Of a DNA stretch of 64,000 nucleotides, positions 57,011-64,000 are shown piece by piece. Both the position numbers and the translations under genes were made by a program. Each line of letters opens with the position of its first letter. Position 1 is the first letter of the stretch. Below the pieces are notes generated by a model that was given only the letters and a program-made list of their open reading frames with translations, searched no databases and was not told where the DNA came from. This DNA comes from the human T2T-CHM13v2.0 reference genome, Homo sapiens, in the NCBI RefSeq assembly GCF_009914755.1, contig NC_060926.1, one strand, 5' to 3'.

Positions 57011-57458
57011 TTTCATGCTCGTCCGTGTGAAGAGACCACCAAATAGGCTTTGTGTGAGCAACATGGCTATTTCACCTGGGTGCAGGTGGGCTGAGTCCGA
57101 AAAGAGAGTCAGTGAAGGGAGATAAGGGTGGGGCCATTTTATAGGATTTGGGTAGGTAAAGGAAAATTACAGTCAAAGGGGGTTTGTTCTCTGGCGGGCA
57201 GGAGTGGGGGTCACAAGGTGCTCAGTTGGGGTGGTTTTGAGCCAGGATGAGCCAGGAAAAGGACTTTCACAAGGTAATGTCATCAGTTAAGGCAAGGACC
57301 GGCCATTTACACTTCTTTTGTGGTGGAATGTCATCAGTTAAGGTGGGGCAGGGCATATTCACTTCTTTTGTGATTCTTCAGTTGCTTTAGGCCATCTGGG
57401 CGTATACGTGCAAGTCACAGGGGATGCAATGGCTTGGCTTGGGCTCAGAGGCCTGACA
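57011..57458 (-). mobile_element. LTR7 (HERV-H) solo LTR, antisense in UGP2 intron 1
   Basis: Revcomp tgtcaggcctctgagcccaagccaagcc...gcatgaaa, 448 bp; 5-bp TSD TAGGC at 57006-57010 and 57459-57463. Confidence 0.95.
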
Positions 57459-57909
57459 TAGGCATTATGAGTTCTCAGAAAGTTAGCCATATTAATTACT
57501 GAAAAGTTAACATAAACAGATATTTGAAAGTCAACCTGGATTATCTGTGAAAATGAAGAAGAGTGTGTTAACTTTCTGTAATGCCATTCATCCTGATATC
57601 CAGCATTTATACTGTTGGAGAAAATTCCAGCAATATGAATAAATTAGTAGGGCAAGTTCTCTGGCTTGGGGTTTAATGGATGAGAAAATATGATTCAGTT
57701 ACTACCTTTTTGGTTGGATAGAATCTCTTTAGAAGACAGAGTTTTTCTAAAGACTGTTGCCGTTTTGACATAGCCTACAATTTCTTTTCTAAATATCATA
57801 TTTTGAACTTGGAGTAATAGTGTTTGAAATTGTGGCCATCTTGGTCTTGGTAATTGAATGGATTGTCCCAGGCACAATGACTATTAACTGAAACCATACT
57901 TCTTAGATA

Positions 57910-58208
<299 letters not shown>

Positions 58209-61200
58209 ATTCTTAGATATTTAAAATTCCACTGCCAGGCACGTGTCCTTCTATTAATAACAAGTTCTTTGAAAGTTGGCTTTATGAAGCTATCAAAGAA
58301 AATTAAACTTTGTGTGTTTTTTGATTGGGTGACTTATGTGTGAGAAAAAAGATAATACTCTGTTTGAAAGCTGTTTCCCAGTTTTCTTGATTGGTGATGC
58401 AGGCATCTCCTTTAATTTGTTGCACAGTAATTGTCTAAGACTCAAATACTGCCTCTGCCAACAGTTCCGTTGTTTATTTTTCTCAGTCATTAACAAATGA
58501 AATCGATTGTGCCCCCAATCCATTTTACAATTAAGGATTGTTTTTGAGAAACATGGAGAAATTGGCTATGTTGTCTCGTTAATATACATAAACAATAAAA
58601 TGTTTCATTTCCGTAAACATTTTTAGATATTTCTGTTAGTTTTTTCTGTGTAAATCAAGAGAATTGTTTCTTTGTGATTTCGCTTGTGTCCTAAAAAACA
58701 AACAAAAAGCCATTAATTGTCTTCATGGACCAGAAATTAGTTGTATTATGCTTAGTCTCCTTTTTACTTGCTAGTCAACATATTGTAAAAATACTATTTT
58801 AGGGGATCCTTTCTTTGACAGTAGCTCTTCTTGCTCCTTGGCCACAATGAAAATGTGATTGGAGTTTGTATTTTCTTCTATTTGCTGCTCTGGCAGAAGC
58901 TGATGTAATATTTCATTTGTGTTATATGCCTGCCTAGAATTTTAAAACTTCCAAAGAGCACAAGAAAACAGAACAACATAGTTATATCCACTGTTTTGGG
59001 TTCATTTGTGCTAATGGTAAAATGCTTTGCCTTGGTAATAAAATATTTATGGAATGCATAAAAGCATTCTTCGATTTTTTTCATTGCTTAGACAACACAG
59101 TGTATAAGGAAGAGTTGAAGAGCATGAGATGCAGTAAGAAAGTATTATTCTAATTGTAGTTTTAACCTCACATAGCAGACATAGTTGAGCTGCCGGTTTT
59201 CATTCAGATTTAGTGGCAAACACCTGGAGGTGGTAAACCATGTAAATACACTGTAACTGAGAAAGGAGAGACCTTGCTCCAGAAGAATGAGAAACAGGGC
59301 GCCAGGCAACAGGGTTTGAGTTCCAGCTTGGCATTGTGTCCTTAGGCAAGTCAGCATCTCTGGGCCCCTGTTTCTTTATCTCCAAAATAAGGAATTGGAC
59401 TCACTGACCTTAAAGCCGTTCTAAGCATAAAAGTTTCTCTAAATGCACACATAGCAAGTTACACGGCAGGACTACCGGATCATTTTTTGGCTTTTCATCG
59501 TGATTTTATGTTATACCTCTTTCTCTTCTTCTCAACAAAGGAGTGTGAGGCCTTTTGTGATGACTTTCTTCTCATCCATTAAACATAAAACAAAGTGGTA
59601 TTATTTAACAAATCTCTTCTGAATGTTCTGTTTTCCATAAGTAGTGTTTTCTTTTTCCTTTGAGATTTTAAGAGCTACTCTATTGTATAAGAGTAGGGTT
59701 AATTTTAATTGTTAATGAGAAGACTGGTTTATATATAAATTGTAGCAGTTTTTTTTTAAGTAAAGCAATGCATGATTAGCAAAAATCTTTTTTAGCGAGC
59801 TGCTCTGCATATTTGTTGCTGCAACAGTTCTTGAAAGCCTGATATCCTTTTATTTTTGTTATCAAAAAGCATTTATTAACCATTCATATGAATGTAAAGC
59901 TGAGTCATCTAAAAATATATCTCAGTGTAGTCATAGTTGACAGTCTAATAACTTTAGTATGAAAAGATCATATAAAATTATGTAAGATGCAACTTAATTG
60001 AATTTACTTTTCTTAATTTATCATTGAATGACATGGAATATTTTTTCTATATTTTTCCCTAAATTAAACTAAATGTAAACATATAAATTGCCCAATTTTG
60101 TTTAATCTCTAAAGTTAGTGAAAACATTACATTGGCATTTATATTGGTTAATAAAATTGAAAAGAAATTTAGTAGTCATTTGTCTAGACTACCTATCTGT
60201 GTGAAACTTCTTTGACCATATCCCTGATACTTGACTAATAAATCAGCCTCTGCTTGAGAAGCCTTAGGGACTGGGGTTTCAGATACTTATGACAGTCTAT
60301 ACTTATCTTAACTCTGCCTTTCTGTGACCAGACATCATGGCTCTTGTACAGTTTCACTTTGGGCTTACTAGGCACTACCTACACTAGACTAGACTTTGCC
60401 TTCTGTATACCCAGAGCATAGCTGGATCATAATAGGCTCTTACTCATTTAATAAATGTTACATGAGTATCTACTATATCTCAGGCTCTGTGTTTGGCAGT
60501 GGGAATACAGCTGTGAACATTACAGACATATACTTTCACAGAATTTACAGTCTGTTGGATAAGATAAACATTGAATAAATTTTTAAAATTATGATGTTAT
60601 AAAGGAGAGGTACAAGGATCTAGCATATGAGCATGTAATAGGTAACTTAGTTTAGAAAGATTTCTAGGAGGATAATCTCAGGTAATATTTAAACTGAACT
60701 CTGACAAATGAATAGGAGCTATTCAAACTACTATTATATGAGAATTTAAGTCCTGATCTACAGTTTAGTTACATACCATTATTAGGCACCTGTACTGTGC
60801 AAGGTGCTAAGGTAGGTTTTGGGAAAACAAAGTTGCATGACATAATGTAGTTTTTTCCCCCTCAAGAGAATATGTTCTAGGATTGCAGACATTTAACTAA
60901 AGAATTGGGGTTTTGAGGGGTGTTTGATATAATACAGAGACAGGAGTGATTAAAACTCCCAAATCAGTTGTGGTAGAAAGAAAGGCCTCTTGGAATGTTC
61001 AGAAGCCACTGCTTAGAACACTAGGAATACCACCATCAAAATGACAGAAGCAAATCAAGTAAAACAGTTTGAGTCTTTGGGGATTGAGAGATCAGGGCGG
61101 TTTCCCAGAGATTGGGATGATTCTCATTATTCTGGAACTCATACTGGGCCATTCTTATTTTTCTACTTTTTTTCTCATTTCTGCCTCCCCTTTTCTGAAA

Positions 61201-62863
61201 GTGTTGAGTGGTATTTGAAGTGCATGGTTTCGAACAATCTTATAGTTAGGATGCTTTTAACTTCATGGAGTAGAAAAATACCAATTCATTTGGCTTTCAA
61301 AAATGAGGGTCTTTTTATCCCATAAATCCTGAAGTAGGATATGCAGGGTTGGTTAATTCAGTACAAAAGCTTATCAGACCTTCCTTCTGCTGTGCTATCT
61401 TTGACATATCTGCCTCATTCTTGGGTCAGCTTCTTTCAAGGGCACTAATCATGGCAGAAGAAACGTGGGGTGATTGGTGGACACATACTCATTATGTGAG
61501 TAGAAAAAATACTATCTTTTCTCATGTATGTCTTTTTTCAGTGAGGAACACCTTTCTCCAAAGTGCTGTGACAGATTATACCCTTATGGCTTACTGGCCA
61601 GAATCATATTACATTTTATGCTTAAACCAATCACTAGGAAGGCTTTGGACCAATCTGGGCCTGGTGCCATCTCTGAAACACAGGGCATTGGGGCAGGGAG
61701 TTGGTGACAGAATAGCATTGGAGTAGCAAGAAGGATGAAGAATATGGCTGTTACAAATATGTTAAGATAAATGGAGTATAATCTACCAGAGCTACTCAAA
61801 GCCATACTGGCAATGTTTGGTTATTAGATATGCATATCTTTCCCACCCCAAACCTACTGAATCAGAATCTCTCTGGGAGCTTACCCAGGAATCTGTGTTT
61901 TAACCAGCCTCCAAGTGATTTGTATGTACATTAAAGTTTTAGAAGAACTATTCTAGATGTCCCAAATGGAATAGGAAATTGCAGCCTTTAGGCAGTCTGC
62001 TTTCATACTTTCATTAGCTTTGGCTACTCCAAAAGATACTTCAGCTTGGCTTTTGAGACATGCCTGGATAAGGAATTTGTATTTATTTCCATAGGCAATG
62101 AGAATTTCATCAAACAAGGAAGAGAAGTGATATGATGGGGGTTGCAGCTTAAGGAGATCAATCCATCCTCCTTGGCACTATTAGATTAGAGTGATGGGCA
62201 GACTAGTTAGAAAGCTGTTGTCATGACTAGGAGAGTAAAAATGCTAGGGGAACTAAGGTAGCAGTAATGGAAATGGAAAACAGTGAATGGAATTACAGCA
62301 ATCATTTAAGAAGTTTTGATATTGCATTGTCCAATGTGAGGGGAAAGGTGGGAAGAGCCAACTGTGACTGTGAGGTATAAACCTTAGTTTCTACGGAAAT
62401 GTTAATGCCGTGGAGAACAGGGTGGGCAAAAGAGTAATTTAGTTTGGATGATCAGTCATATTTTGGACATGTTGAGTTTGAGGTACCCAGCTGGGTATCC
62501 AGGTGTCAGAAGTCTTTAAGGAAGTAAAGAATGTGATCCTGGAGCTCAGGAAAAAAGTTTAGGATGAGAGGCACATGTTTGAGTGATCAGTAAGGAGAGT
62601 GGCATGAGAATTGAGGAGAAAAAATGGTCTGGGGACAGAATTTTAGGAATCTCAGGAGAGGAAAGGAGGAGCCAGTTAGGGAAACTGAGGTGTGGTCAGA
62701 GAGGTAAGAAAAGATATAGGATACACTTGAGTAATGGAACCCCATAAAGAGCTTTTCTAGGAGGAATATTCACAAATAACTGGGTTTAAAGGACTGTAGT
62801 GAGCCCAGAAGAAGCTGGTTAGCTTGAATTGGTTGTAAATCTAGCCGGCATAGTTCATATTTC

Positions 62864-62947
62864 CTTGAAATAATCAAGATAGCTTTATCTTGATTATTTC
62901 TTGATTATGTCTTGAAATAATCAAGATAGCTTTATCTTGATTATTTC
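62864..62947. repeat. Tandem pair of perfect 15-bp-stem palindromes
   Basis: CTTGAAATAATCAAGATAGCTTTATCTTGATTATTTC at 62864-62900 and 62911-62947. Confidence 0.95.
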
Positions 62948-63639
62948 CAGTTGCCATTAAATTCTTGGAGTTCTATGGTTATTTGGATCACAAGTCATTT
63001 CCCGATTTAAGATTAAGTGCGCTCTCCAATTCTCTGACTTTGAGTATCTCTCATTGTGGGTTTTCCAGGAAGGTTGGGACTGATCAGACAGAGGTGGCCT
63101 AGGGATGGCTCTTCAACTTCTCTGTTGCTCTTGGTGCCTTCCCTGTGGTTTTTCCATGGCCTGTGCATTATGAAACTAGCTTGTGTACTTATTTTGTTTG
63201 CGCCAGTGTCAGGGTGTCAGGGAAGGGTATTATGTATCCCTCTTACTTGCTGAAATACATGAAATGAGATCCATGAATTAAGAAACAAAAATATTCACTT
63301 GTCAGATTGACTGTAGCCCTCTCTCTTTTTTGGCTCCAGCTGGATAAAAAAGCCCATGATGTTGAAATTTTAGTTCCTATGAACAGGAAGAATTAGGAAA
63401 CTGGGGGAAAGGAGGAACTTGTGAAAAAAAGTTATTGCCTGTTCTATCTGAAATTGACTTAAAGTGTCTAGTAAGTCCAGTTTTATGTGGTGGGGAATTA
63501 TCTTGTCTGTTGATTGAACATAAGAAGAGGTTCTGATATAAATGCTTTTGGAGGAGAGTGTGGTATTTAGGGATTTTTGCGTCAAGGTTAAAGAGAGCCA
63601 GGCCAGGAAAAAAACATTAGCAAGGTATTTCTGCCTCAC

Positions 63640-63800
63640 TGTGGTGGAATGGGACTAAAAAAACATGGCTTTGCTTCTGGGCTCCACCATTGGCCTGCTC
63701 TGTGACCTTGGATAAGTCATTCAACTATTTTCAACCTGTTTCCTCGTCTGTAAAATGATGAGAGTAGGTTAAATGCTCCCTCCCATCTATAAAAATGTTT
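63640..63800 (+). mobile_element. MIR SINE
   Basis: tgtgaccttggataagtcatt...gtttcctcgtctgtaaaatg core. Confidence 0.75.
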
Positions 63801-64000
63801 GACTAAGGTAATGAAATGTTTGACTCCCAATCCACTCTATGTCTAAAGGCGTGGGGAATCAATTTTATATTGCTAGGAAATAGGGACAAAACACTTCATG
63901 AGGTTAGAAATCTTGGATTATTCAGAGGATTTTAGTTGACCTTCCTTTAAAAACACAACTGTCCTTGTCAGAAGTGTAACCTGAGAATGTTAAATCCAAG

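Overview
Hominid (most likely human) genomic DNA matching the 2p15 interval upstream of and within UGP2. A CpG island at ~50.1-51.5 kb carries the UGP2 promoter. It has a non-coding first exon, the canonical coding exon 1 (ATG 51732, MSRFVQ|D), a second in-frame coding first exon (MLLYPAGFSFASLKS|D) and a 61-nt cassette exon; UGP2 intron 1 runs to the right edge. The rest is rich in retroelements: many Alus, L1, MaLR LTRs, LTR12, MER11, LTR7 and a full-length SVA. Most ORF-track entries are spurious. The main find is a set of five colinear, decayed minus-strand exon remnants (15.3 kb to the left edge) resembling consecutive segments of GREB1/GREB1L, a candidate third GREB1-family gene surviving as a pseudogene. 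Other notable structures are an apparent Alu 3' transduction, several templated local duplications and inversions, and an antisense LTR7 that has lost its polyA signal. All protein and repeat comparisons are by eye and from memory, and need confirmation by search.
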